Source: Macrostomum lignano (Eukaryota). Taken from it: DNA of 64,000 bases. The stretch spans positions 434,001 to 498,000 of the forward strand of contig NIVC01000004.1 in assembly GCA_002269645.1 (NCBI GenBank), written 5' to 3'. Every line of letters begins with the position of its first letter. Positions within the stretch are counted from its first letter, which is position 1. Shown piece by piece: positions 22,580-33,405 of this stretch. Under the pieces are notes generated by a model. It ran no database searches, was not told where the DNA came from, and saw nothing but the letters and a program-made list of their open reading frames with translations. The position numbers and the translations under genes are program-made.

Positions 22580-25500
22580 TCAGGCCTCAGTCTTGCGCAG
22601 AATTTTCTGCAGAATCGGGACCACCATGTCGAACCGAGGCCGCCGGCCGGCCTCCTCGTTGGTGGCCAGCTGGATGAGTTTGCTGGTGTGCTTGGAGAAG
22701 CCCGGCGCCGTGCAGGAGATCCGGAGGCCCTCGACGGCGATTTTCAAGCCGGCCTCCATGGGGCCGAGGCTGCCGAAGGGCACCTCGCGGGTCTCCAGCT
22801 CCCACAGCAGGATGCCGAAGCTCCACATGAAGGCGGCGGTGGTGTTGATGTCCTGCGGCGGCTTCTGCAGCGCCTCGGGCGACATCCAGTAGGGGTGGTA
22901 CTCCTGCGCCCGCTGGTGGTACACGAAGCGACAGTCCGCTAAGCTGATGCGGGCGGTGAGGTCCTCGTCTACCTGGAAGGGTGATCAAGTGCAAACACCG
23001 GCATTATCAACCATGGCTTGATAATCAAAGCAACTTTCCTGCTCACCATCACGTGCTTTGAGTTGAGCTGAAAGTGATGCAGCGGCTGCTCCAGTTTGGT
23101 GAGAAAGTCCATGCCTTTGGCAATGTCCAGAGCGAATCCCATGGCCTTGTTGGCGTCAATGATGATGTCTGGCGGGGCAACAGGATTACTCATAGTAGCA
23201 ACCGTAGAATGTTTCGAAAAAAGTTACAAAAGTTGCTAATGGCTGGCCAAGACCCCACAACCAGTGTTACACCCTGATTCTTAGCCAGGTCATGACCCCG
23301 CAGCCAGCCCCACCCCTGATTCTTAGCCAGGTCATGACCCCGCAGCCAGCCCGCCACCCCTGATTCTTAGCCAGGTCATGACCCCGCAGCCAGCCCCACC
23401 CCTGATTCTTAGCCAGGTCATGACCCCGCAGCCAGCCCCACCCCTGATTCTTAGCCAGGTCATGACCCCGCAGCCAACCCCCACCCCTGATTCTTAGCCA
23501 GGTCATGACCCCGCAGCCAACCCCCACCCCTGATTCTTAGCCAGGTCATGACCCCGCAGCCAGCCCCACCCCTGATTCTTAGCCAGGCCATGACCCCGCA
23601 GCCAGCCCCACCCCTGATTCTTAGCCAGGTCATGACCCCGCAGCCAACCCCCACCCCTGATTCTTAGCCAGGTCATGACCCCGCAGCCAGCCCCACCCCT
23701 GATTCTTAGCCAGGTCATGACCCCGCAGCCAGCTCCACCCCTGATTCTTAGCCAGGTCATGACCCCGCAGCCAACCCCCACCCCTGATTCTTAGCCAGGT
23801 CATGACCCCGCAGCCAGCCCCACCCCTGATTCTTAGCCAGGTCATGACCCCACAACCAGTGTTACACCCCTGATTCTTAGCCAGGTCATGACCCCGCAGC
23901 CAGCCCCACCCCTGATTCTTAGCCAGGTCATGACCCCGCAGCCAGCCCCACCCCTGATTCTTAGCCAGGTCATGACCCCACAACCAGTGTTACACCCCTG
24001 ATTCTTAGCCAGGTCATGACCCCGCAGCCAGCCCCACCCCTGATTCTTAGCCAGGTCATGACCCCGCAGCCAGCCCCACCCCTGATTCTTAGCCAGGTCA
24101 TGACCCCGCAGCCAGCCCCACCCCTGATTCTTAGCCAGGTCATGACCCCGCAGCCAACCCCCACCCCTGATTCTTAGCCAGGTCATGAACCCGCAGCCAG
24201 CCCCATCCCTGATTCTTAGCCAGGTCATGACCCCGCAGCCAGCCCCATCCCTGATTCTTAGCCAGGTCATGACCCCGCAGCCAGCCCCATCCCTGATTCT
24301 TAGCCAGGTCATGACCCCGCAGCCAGCCCCATCCCTGATTCTTAGCCAGGTCATGACCCCGCAGCCAGCCCCACCCCTGATTCTTAGCCAGGTCATGACC
24401 CCGCAGCCAGCCCCATCCCTGATTCTTAGCCAGGTCATGACCCCGCAGCCAGCCCCATTCCTGATTCTTAGCCAGGTCATGACCCCGCAGCCAGCCCCCA
24501 CCGTGTCCGGAGTGCAGCACGTCGAACAGCGAGCCGTAGGGCATGAACTGGGACACCAGCACCAGGCGCTGGTCGGAGATGACGGCGCTCAGCACGGGCA
24601 GCACGTTGGTGTTGTTGAAGATGCGCAGTCTGGGCAGCTGCTCGTTGAATTCGCGTCTCAGTCGAGCGGCCGCCTGCGGCCTCGGTCGGAACAGCCGGGC
24701 AACGATGTCTTGATCCTGCCAGGTGCCGCGCCACAGCTCCGTGCCGTGCCGGCCGGCCAGGCGGGAGCGCAAGTTGAGCTGCTCGTACTGGATTCCCGGC
24801 TGCCGGCTCAGCGTGGGGTTTGTTGGCCGGGTGCGCCAGGTCTGCGCGCCCAGCGGGTCCGAGGTGTTGTGCGGCTGCCGCATCTCCACCTCCTGGCGTG
24901 GTGGGCGGGTGGAGTTTGATGTCAGGGATAAGTGTGGATGTCAGAGATAAGTGGGGAAGGCAGGGAGTGGGGAAGGCAGGGAGAGAGTGAGGAAGGCAGG
25001 GAGAGAGTGAGGAAGGCAGGGAGAGAGCGGGGAAGGCAGGGAGAGAGTGGAGAAGGCAGGGAGAGAGTAGGGAAGGCAGGGAGAGAGCGGGGAAGGCAGG
25101 GAGAGAGTGGGGAAGGCAGGGAGAGAGCGGGGAAGGCAGGGAGAGAGTGGGGAAGGCAGGGAGAGAGTGGAGAAGGCAGGGAGAGAGTGGGGAAGTCAGG
25201 GAGAGAGCGGGGAAGGCAGGGAGAGAGTGAGGAAGGCAGGGAGAGAGTGAGGAAGGCAGGGAGAGAGCGGGGAAGGCAGGGAGAGAGTGGAGAAGGCAGG
25301 GAGAGAGTGGGGAAGTCAGGGAGAGAGCGGGGAAGGCAGGGAGAGAGTGGGGAAGGCAGGGAGAGAGCGGGGAAGGCAGGGAGAGAGCGGGGAAGGCAGG
25401 GAGAGAGTGGAGAAGGCAGGGAGAGAGTGGGGAAGGCAGGGAGAGAGCGGGGAAGGCAGGGAGAGAGTGGGGAAGGCAGGGAGAGAGCGGGAAGGCAGGG

Positions 25501-26115
25501 AGAGAGTGGAGAAGGCAGGGAGAGAGTGGAGAAGGCAGGGAGAGAGTGGGGAAGTCAGGGAGAGAGCGGGGAAGGCAGGGAGAGAGTGGGCAAGTCAGTC
25601 AGTCAGGCCTAGGCAAGCTCAAAGCAGTGCTCAAGCGGTCGGACCTGTCCCAGCTCCCTGGCCAGGTGGCGCAGCTGGCGCACCAGGGCGGGCCTGGCCA
25701 GGTCCAGCGGTGTCTGGCCGTAGCGATTCTCCAGGCTGACCAGGCCGCCCTGGTTCACGAGCTCAACGGCCGTCTCCTCGTGGTTGAAGAAGCAGGCGTA
25801 GTGCAGCGGCGTGTTGCCGTGCTCATTAACTGCGTTAATTGCCGGGCGCTGCTTGAGCAGCCGGGACACGAGCCCGTGGTGGCCGCGAGAGGCGGCGATG
25901 TGCAACGGCGTGTCGTCGCCCATGTTGGTGGCGTTAACGCGGGCGCCGCGGCTCAGCAGCAGGTCGGCGATGCCGGTCTGGCCGTCCCAGGCGGCCCAGT
26001 GCAGCAGGGAGAAGCGATGGTCGTCGCCCTGGTTCAGGTCGTTCTCCGTGTTCTCCAGCCACAGGCGCACCTGGACTGCGTTGCCGGTGCGGACCCAGGC
26101 CACAATGTCGTCCAT
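22580..26115 (-). CDS. ILK: Integrin-linked kinase (ankyrin repeats + pseudokinase), 458 aa, 4 exons
   Basis: Exons 25645-26115, 24502-24892, 23047-23168, 22580-22972 (471+391+122+393 = 1377 nt, frame-consistent, GT-AG). [88 protein letters not shown] match ILK. Confidence 0.96.
23270..24500. repeat. 42-bp minisatellite GTCATGACCCCGCAGCCAGCCCCACCCCTGATTCTTAGCCAG, ~29 copies (ILK intron 2)
   Basis: Direct reading; begins at the donor (24501). Confidence 0.97.
24955..25590. repeat. 20-bp purine-rich minisatellite GGGAAGGCAGGGAGAGAGTG (ILK intron 1)
   Basis: Direct reading. Confidence 0.96.
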
Positions 26116-26369
26116 GCTGGCTGCGGGCGGTGAAAAGTTGAGTCTGTTTCCAAGAAACTAACAGGTGCTGGGAAAGTGGAGATGGAAAACAGCGATATGA
26201 TATTTCTAACACTTTTCGTTTTATGAGATTTAAGTCGGTAATACTCAATATCATTCGGGGAAATCGTTGTCTTTGACTCAAAGTCTATGAGATGAAAAGC
26301 TTTTTTCTGGAGCGATTGTCACGAGACCCTCGGGACTTAAACAAACTGTTCCGATGTTCCAGATATGGA

Positions 26370-26870
26370 TGCGCTTTCTTAGAAAACCTTGTTCCTGATA
26401 TGGATGAGACTTCTTAGAAAACCTTGTTATGAATATGGATGTGCTTTCTTAGAAAACACTGTACCGGATATGGATATGATTTCTAGGAAACACCTGTTCA
26501 GGGTATGAATGCGTTTTCTTAGAAGAAACTGTTCCGGAAAGGGATATGATTTCTTAGAAACCCCCGTTCCGGATATAGATGCGATTTCTTAGAAACCCCC
26601 GCTTCGGATATATGCGATTTCTTAGAAGCCCCCGCTCCGGATATAGATGCGATTTCTTAGAAACCTCCGTTCCGGATATATATGCGATTTCTTAGAAACC
26701 CCCGTTCCGGATATATATGCGATTTCTTAGAAACCTCCGTTCCGGATATATATGCGATTTCTCCACGGCGACGCTATGGTGGTTTCTTAGAAAATCATGA
26801 TTTGGATTGAGATGCAGTTGCTTGTAAAAAATCTCCTTTTTCGGATGGGAATGCGATTACTTAGAAATTT
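26370..26870. repeat. Degenerate ~42-bp repeat (TTCCGGATATA..GATTTCTTAGAAAC) upstream of ILK
   Basis: Direct reading. Confidence 0.8.
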
Positions 26871-27424
26871 GACAGGAATGGCACAGATGAAAAAGTATTC
26901 CTAGCAGAAACACAGATATATTAAAAAGCAAACACAACAATAAAGTGCTGGCTTCAATCGAGAGTCAAATTGACTGCTCAACGAATGAAATTTTCTAAAA
27001 ATCTATTTACAGCCAAGAAAGCGAACAGCGAACCGCAATAATCCAGCATATCACACGGAGTGGCTACAATACAGTGCGCTCAGTAACTGATCCAGAATTC
27101 ATCTTTGCAATTAGATTCGCAGAAGTACAATAACTGATCACGTGTAGCTCGTATATTGTGTCAATTACAATAAAAGCCGCGTTAGACAAGACTGATTGCG
27201 AAACTGTGGGGGGGGGGGCTAGCGGACCCGATTATTAATCTCCTAAATGTATTTGCCCAAGTGCTTGCCTTGCCAAAGCAGTAAGGTCGAGGGCGTGTGT
27301 GGATTCATTATTTACAATTTTTGTTTAGGAACTTTAAACGAATAAGTTGGATTGTACACCAAACATAAATCGAAGCTTATATTTAAAGGCATATGCATAA
27401 TCTAAATATACGTTAACTATGGCC

Positions 27425-28278
27425 CAGCAACTGATGATCTGGGAGGGTGGCGGTGGCCCAGCTTGAGGGTCTGGGAGGGTGGCGGTGGCCCAGCTTGAGG
27501 ATCTGGGAGGGTGGCGGTGGCCCAGCTTGAGGATCTGGGAGGGTGGCGGTGGCCCAGCTTGAGGATCTGGGAGGGTGGCGGTGGCCCAGCTTGAGGATCT
27601 GGGAGGGTGGCGGTGGCCCAGCTTGAGGATCTGGGAGGGTGGCAGTGGACAGCAGTTGAGGATCTGGGAGGGTGGCAGTGGACAGCAGCTGAGGATCTGG
27701 GAGTGGGAGTGGCAGTGGACAGCAGCTGAGGATCTGGGAGGGTGGCAGTGGACAGAAGCTGAGGATCTGGGAGGGTGGCAGTGGACAGAAGCTGAGGATC
27801 TGGGAGTGGCAGTGGACAGCAGCTGAGGATCTGGGAGAGTGGCAGTGGACAGCAGCTGAGGATCTGGGAGTGGCAGTGGACAGCAGCTGAGGATCTGGGA
27901 GGGTGGCAGTGGACAGCAGCTGAGGATCTGGGAGAGTGGCAGTGGACAGAAGCTGAGGATCTGGGAGTGGCAGTGGACAGCAGCTGAGGATCTGGGAGGG
28001 TGGCAGTGGACAGCTGAGGATCTGGGAGAGTGGCAGTGGACAGCAGCTGAGGATCTGGGAGTGGCAGTGGACAGCAGCTGAGGATCTGGGAGAGTGGCAG
28101 TGGACAGCAGCTGAGGATCTGGGAGTGGCAGTGGACAGCAGCTGAGGATCTGGGAGAGTGGCAGTGGACAGCAGCTGAGGATCTGGGAGGGTGGCGGTGG
28201 CTCAGCCTGAGGATCTGGGAGGGTGGCGGTGGCCCAGCTTGAGGATCTGGGAGGGTGGCGGTGGCTCAGCCTGAGGAT
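27425..28278. repeat. 30-33-bp minisatellite GCTGAGGATCTGGGAGGGTGGCAGTGGACAGCA
   Basis: Direct reading. Confidence 0.95.
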
Positions 28279-28325
28279 ACTGAGGGTGATAGGAGGCCCG
28301 CAGCACCGGCAGAGGCAGACAGCAA

Positions 28326-29105
28326 TCAGATGGGCAGGGTGGTCTTAGCTGTGCGGCTGGCGGCGGAATAAAATACGGATGTGAGAAACCGGATGCCCCG
28401 CTGGCCGCCGGGCAGGTAGGAGATCAGGTACCACAGCAGGGCGGCCACCTGCAGACAGACGAAAAGCAGAGCCAGAGGTCCGGAGCGCAGGCCCATGGCG
28501 GAATAGAGAGTGGCGGCCAGCATCAGCAGGTAAGCGCAGGTGAACGGCCGCCTGGGCCCGGTGACCAGGTGGCGCAGGTGATTCACCGGGCCCCACAGGG
28601 CGGAGAATGACAGCAGCAGGCAGAGCGAGCCCATGGAGTACAGCACGGCAAACCGGCGGGCCTTGAGCAGCACCATGGGCAGGAAGACCAGGCTGAGGGA
28701 CAGGAACAGGCTGCCCAGCAGCAGCAGGGTCACGAAGGCCAGCACCCGCTGCTTGCGGGACAGGCCGAGGCAGCGGAGCAGCGGGTCCCGCTCGGCCGCT
28801 CCGGACAGCAGGCTGGAGGAGCCGAACCAGCCCGACAGGCTGGCGCCCGAGGACGGATCGTCCGCCTCGCCGGCATTCCCCGCGGCGGCTCCAGCCAGGT
28901 GATCGCCAGTTGAAGAGGCCACCGCCGCAGTAGCCGAGGAATTCGCCGACAGCGATGACGAGGAGGCCGACGAGGCCAGTAGGCCGAAGCCGGTGGAAGC
29001 CGAGCTGCTGGACGAGGTGGCCGCGTCTCCGCGATTGAACAGCGGCAGCAGCGACTCAGAGGCGCGGCCTCCGGCGCCCTGCAGTTTGGTGCGGACCCAG
29101 CCGTA
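28326..29105 (-). CDS. SFT2D3: Vesicle transport protein SFT2 (Got1/Sft2 family), SFT2D3-like; terminal exon, start exon not located
   Basis: CLGLSRKQRVLAF..LPMVLLKARRFAVLYSMGS..GPVNHLRHL..ATLYSAMGLRS..LQVAALLWYLISYLPGG..TLPI*; four TM segments; frame open up to acceptor CCGCAG| at 29105 (780 nt). Confidence 0.85.
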   Translation of the reverse strand, partial: YGWVRTKLQGAGGRASESLLPLFNRGDAATSSSSSASTGFGLLASSASSSSLSANSSATAAVASSTGDHLAGAAAGNAGEADDPSSGASLSGWFGSSSLLSGAAERDPLLRCLGLSRKQRVLAFVTLLLLGSLFLSLSLVFLPMVLLKARRFAVLYSMGSLCLLLSFSALWGPVNHLRHLVTGPRRPFTCAYLLMLAATLYSAMGLRSGPLALLFVCLQVAALLWYLISYLPGGQRGIRFLTSVFYSAASRTAKTTLPI

Positions 29106-29149
29106 CTGCGGGCGGGCACCGGCAGTGCGTGAGTTGCTGGGGTTGGGGG

Positions 29150-30650
29150 AGTTGGGCAGCGGGAGACGGGGGTTGGGTAGAGGGAGATGGGAGGGTTGGG
29201 TAGAGGGAGATGGGAGGGTTGGGGGGAGGGAGACGGGGGTGGGTAGAGGGAGACGGGGTGGGTAGATGGAGACGAATGGGTTGGATAGAGGGAGATGGGA
29301 GGGTTGGGTAGAAGGAGACAGGAGGGTTGGGGAGAGAGGGAGATGGGGGTGGGTAGAGGGAGACGGGGTGGGTAGAGGGAGACGGGGGTGGGTAGAGGGA
29401 GACGGGGGTGGGTAGAGGGAGACGGGGGTGGGTAGAGGGAGACGGGGGTTGGGTAGAGGGAGACGGGGGGTTGGGTAGAGGGAGACGGGGGTTGGGTAGA
29501 GGGAGACGGGGGGTTGGGTAGAGGGAGACGGGGGTTGGGTAGAGGGAGACGGGGGTTAAGTAGAGGGAGACGGGGGTTGGGTAGAGGGAGACGGGGGTTG
29601 GGTAGAGGGAGACGGGGGTTGGGTAGAGGGAGACGGGGGGTTGGGTAGAGGGAGACGGGGGGTTGGGTAGAGGGAGACGGGGGGTTGGGTAGAGGAAGAC
29701 AGGAGGGTTGGGTAGAGGGAGACGGGGGGTTGGGTAGAGGGAGACGGGGGGTTGGGTGGAGGGAGACAGGAGGGTTGGGTAGAGGGAGACAGGAGGGTTG
29801 GGTAGAGGGAGACGGGGGGTTGGGTAGAGGGAGACAGGAGGGTTGGGTAGAGGGAGACAGGAGGGTTGGGTAGAGGGAGACAGGAGGGTTGGGTAGAGGG
29901 AGACGGGGGGTTGGGTAGAGGGAGACGGGGGTTGGGTGGAGGGAGACAGGAGGGTTGGGTAGAGGGAGACAGGAGGGTTGGGTAGAGGGAGACGGGGGGT
30001 TGGGTAGAGGGAGACAGGAGGGTTGGGTAGAGGGAGACGGGGGGTTGGGTAGAGGGAGACAGGAGGGTTGGGTAGAGGGAGACGGGGGTTGGGTAGAGGG
30101 AGACGGGGGGTTGGGTAGAGGAAGACAGGAGGGTTGGGTAGAGGGAGACGGGGGGTTGGGTAGAGGGAGACGGGAGGGTTGGGTAGAGGGAGACAGGAGG
30201 GTTGGGTAGAGGGAGACGGGGGGTTGGGTAGAGGGAGACGGGGGTTGGGTAGAGGAAGACAGGAGGGTTGGGTAGAGGGAGACGGGGGGTTGGGTAGAGG
30301 GAGACGGGGGTTGGGTGGAGGGAGACAGGAGGGTTGGGTAGAGGGAGACGGGAGGGTTGGGTAGAGGGAGACGGGGGGTTGGGTAGAGGGAGACAGGAGG
30401 GTTGGGTAGAGGGAGACAGGAGGGTTGGGTAGAGGGAGACAGGAGGGTTGGGTAGAGGGAGACGGGGGTTGGGTAGAGGGAGACGGGGGGTTGGGTAGAG
30501 GAAGACAGGAGGGTTGGGTAGAGGGAGACGGGGGGTTGGGTAGAGGGAGACGGGAGGGTTGGGTAGAGGGAGACAGGAGGGTTGGGTAGAGGGAGACGGG
30601 GGTTTGGGTAGAGGAAGACAGGAGGGTTGGGTAGAGGGAGACAGGAGGGT
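29150..30650. repeat. G-rich 22-23-bp minisatellite GGGTTGGGTAGAGGGAGACGG(G)
   Basis: Direct reading; several GGG tracts per unit. Confidence 0.97.
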
Positions 30651-31204
30651 TTGGTGGTAAAATTAGGTGGGTGTCGCAGGTAAAAAAGGGATGAAGTCGG
30701 CAAGGCAAAGTCAGTTCAGCAACATCAATACAATCGCAGTAAAACTAAATACATGTGTAATATTGCAAGGAGATTATTCTCAATCTATTCAACCGCGTGT
30801 GGTTCGCACAGATCTGCTACAGACAACACAGAGAGGAATTGCAGACACGGGAGGGCATGATCCCATGCAGAACAATACTTTAGCGCCATAACCAAGATTA
30901 AAATATATTCACAGAAAAATGGCTTACACTTCAAAACAACATAGAAGATTTAAACAGTTTGAAACTGCACAACAATTTAACAGAACAGAGTCGCGGAGCA
31001 GGGGCTGCAATATTGAAAATCTGAATCAGTTTCAATGCATTCAAGACAGTCAATTTATTTGGTAAACATCCACAAGTAAACTGATTGATAGGGTTTCGGA
31101 GTGATGCGCTGCGATTGCAGCAGATATGAGCAGCCATTTGATGGCCTTTCATCATCATACACAGGCGGCTCAGAACTTCTAAAAACACTAGCACTAGTTG
31201 GCAG

Positions 31205-32208
31205 TGTTGAGTCAGAGGTGAGTTGGGGAGAATTGAGTCAGAGGTGAGTTGGGGAGAATTGAGTCAGAGGTGAGTTGGGGAGTGTTGAGTCAGAGGTGAG
31301 TTGGGGAGTGTTGAGTCAGAGGTGAGTTGGGGAGAGTTGAGTCAGATATGAGTTGGGGAGAGTTGAGTCAGATATGAGTTGGGAGAGTTGAGTCAGATAT
31401 GAGTTGGGAGAGTTGAGTCAGATATGAGTTGGGAGTGTTGAGTCAGATATGAGTTGGGAGTGTTGAGTCAGATATGAGTTGGGGAGAGTTGAGTCAGATA
31501 TGAGTTGGGAGAGTTGAGTCAGATATGAGTTGGGAGAGTTGAGTCAGATATGAGTTGGGAGTGTTGAGTCAGATATGAGTTGGGAGTGTTGAGTCAGATA
31601 TGAGTTGGGAGAGTTGAGTCAGATATGAGTTGGGGAGTGCAGAGTCAGAGGTGAGTTGGGGAGTGCAGAGTCAGAGGTGAGTTGGGGAGTGCAGAGTCAG
31701 ATATGAGTTGGGGAGTGCAGAGTCAGAGGTGAGTTGGGGAGTGCAGAGTCAGAGGTGAGTTGGGGAGTGCAGAGTCAGAGGTGAGTTGGGGAGTGCAGAG
31801 TCAGAGGTGAGTTGGGGAGTGCAGAGTCAGAGGTGAGTTGGGGAGTGCAGAGTCAGAGGTGAGTTGGGGAGTGCAGAGTCAGAGGTGAGTTGGGGAGTGC
31901 AGAGTCAGAGGTGAGTTGGGGAGTGCAGAGTCAGAGGTGAGTTGGGGAGTGCAGAGTCAGAGGTGAGTTGGGGAGTGCAGAGTCAGAGGTGAGTTGGGGA
32001 GTGCAGAGTCAGAGGTGAGTTGGGGAGTGCAGAGTCAGAGGTGAGTTGGGGAGTGCAGAGTCAGAGGTGAGTTGGGGAGTGCAGAGTCAGAGGTGAGTTG
32101 GGGAGTGCAGAGTCAGAGGTGAGTTGGGGAGTGCAGAGTCAGAGGTGAGTTGGGGAGTGCAGAGTCAGAGGTGAGTTGGGGAGTGCAGAGTCAGAGGTGA
32201 GTTGGGGA
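31205..32208. repeat. 25-26-bp minisatellite GAGTCAGAGGTGAGTTGGGGAGTGCA
   Basis: Direct reading; variant blocks. Confidence 0.96.
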
Positions 32209-32394
32209 CGCTCTGAGCCAGAGTGCTGCAATCGCTACAAGTAAGATATCGCTAAAACGGATTAATAAGGTAGTACAGAGGTAGACAAAACAGTTCAGTT
32301 CAACAGCAACTACAACAGTGTCAGATAAAATTTATGCAGTTAACCAAAAATGAATGAAAATCTGGGAGCAACACAAATGGGGAGGCTTCAGGCG

Positions 32395-32633
32395 TCAGAA
32401 CGCGAGCCTGCCCCGCTTGTACAGCTGTATGGACCAGCGCACGCTGTCTTTCAGCTGGCGCCAGGACTTTTCTAGCAGAGACGGCGGCCGCAGCGCCTCG
32501 ATGGTCGACCGGCCGGGCAGGCGGCCCTCCTCGATTTGCTGACGAAAGGCGCGGTTCAACTCGCGCTTCTCCTGTGCCGTCAGCCGCGTCACGCCTGTGG
32601 ATTCGCGGGGCCGCCTCTTCTTCGGCTGCTGCG

Positions 32634-32666
<33 letters not shown>

Positions 32667-33405
32667 GCGGAGGCGGTTGCGGCTGTTGTTGTTGAGGAGC
32701 GCTGGAAGCTGCAGCCGCAGCGGCCGCTGCCGCGCTTAGGGACACATAGTTGCCATCCATCACAAGGGAGGACAGTCTGGGCAACGCAGACACGGGATGA
32801 GGATGAGGCAGCGTGGCCGGAGGCTGCGTTGGCGGCTGGGCGGCGTGCTGCAGCGAGAGGCCGCCCGAGCTGGCGGCGGCAGCGGCTGCAGCCACGGCCG
32901 TAGCGGCGCCCCGCCTGCCCATGTAGTGGCGGAGGAATTCGGGCGAGTCGGCAGGCGGGGCTGGAGGCGGCCTGCGCAGCCGGAAGTCCCGATAGGAATT
33001 GATGGCGTGCCGGATGTTGTCCTTCAGCTGCTTCCAATGACGCTCGCTCAGCTCGGGCGGCCGGCCCGCCTCGATGAGGGCGCGGCCGGGCAGGGCGCCA
33101 GTCTCGATGCAGCGCGCGTAGGCGCCAACCAGAGCGAGTTTTTCAGACAGACTCAGCCGGGGCGTCTCCGCTTGGGAGCGGCGCCGTTTCTGGCGCTGCG
33201 GCTTCTGCGGCTGCTCAGCCTGCTGCTGGAGCTGCTGGCCAATGAGGTGATGGTGCTGATGGTGCGAATGGTGCACCTGCTGCTGCTGCTGCGGCAGCGA
33301 AAACTGTGCAGCAGATGTTGACGGAGGTGGAGGGCGGAGCTGCGCTGTCTGAGGCGGCGGGGCAGTTGCGAAGGCAGACGGGCTGTGCCACAGCAGCAAG
33401 GACAT
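32395..33405 (-). CDS. Uncharacterised TF-like protein (336 aa) with two copies of a ~57-aa helical domain and polyQ/H/A/P tracts
   Basis: GC3-rich ORF from TTGCAG|ATG (33405) to TGA; repeats at 32989-33159 and 32416-32586 share 29/57 residues; each is preceded by an NLS-like basic patch. Confidence 0.75.

Noticed and set aside
28730-30708. 657-aa and 550-aa Pro-rich ORFs
   Set aside because: Translations of the G-rich array running into the wrong frames of the SFT2 exon.
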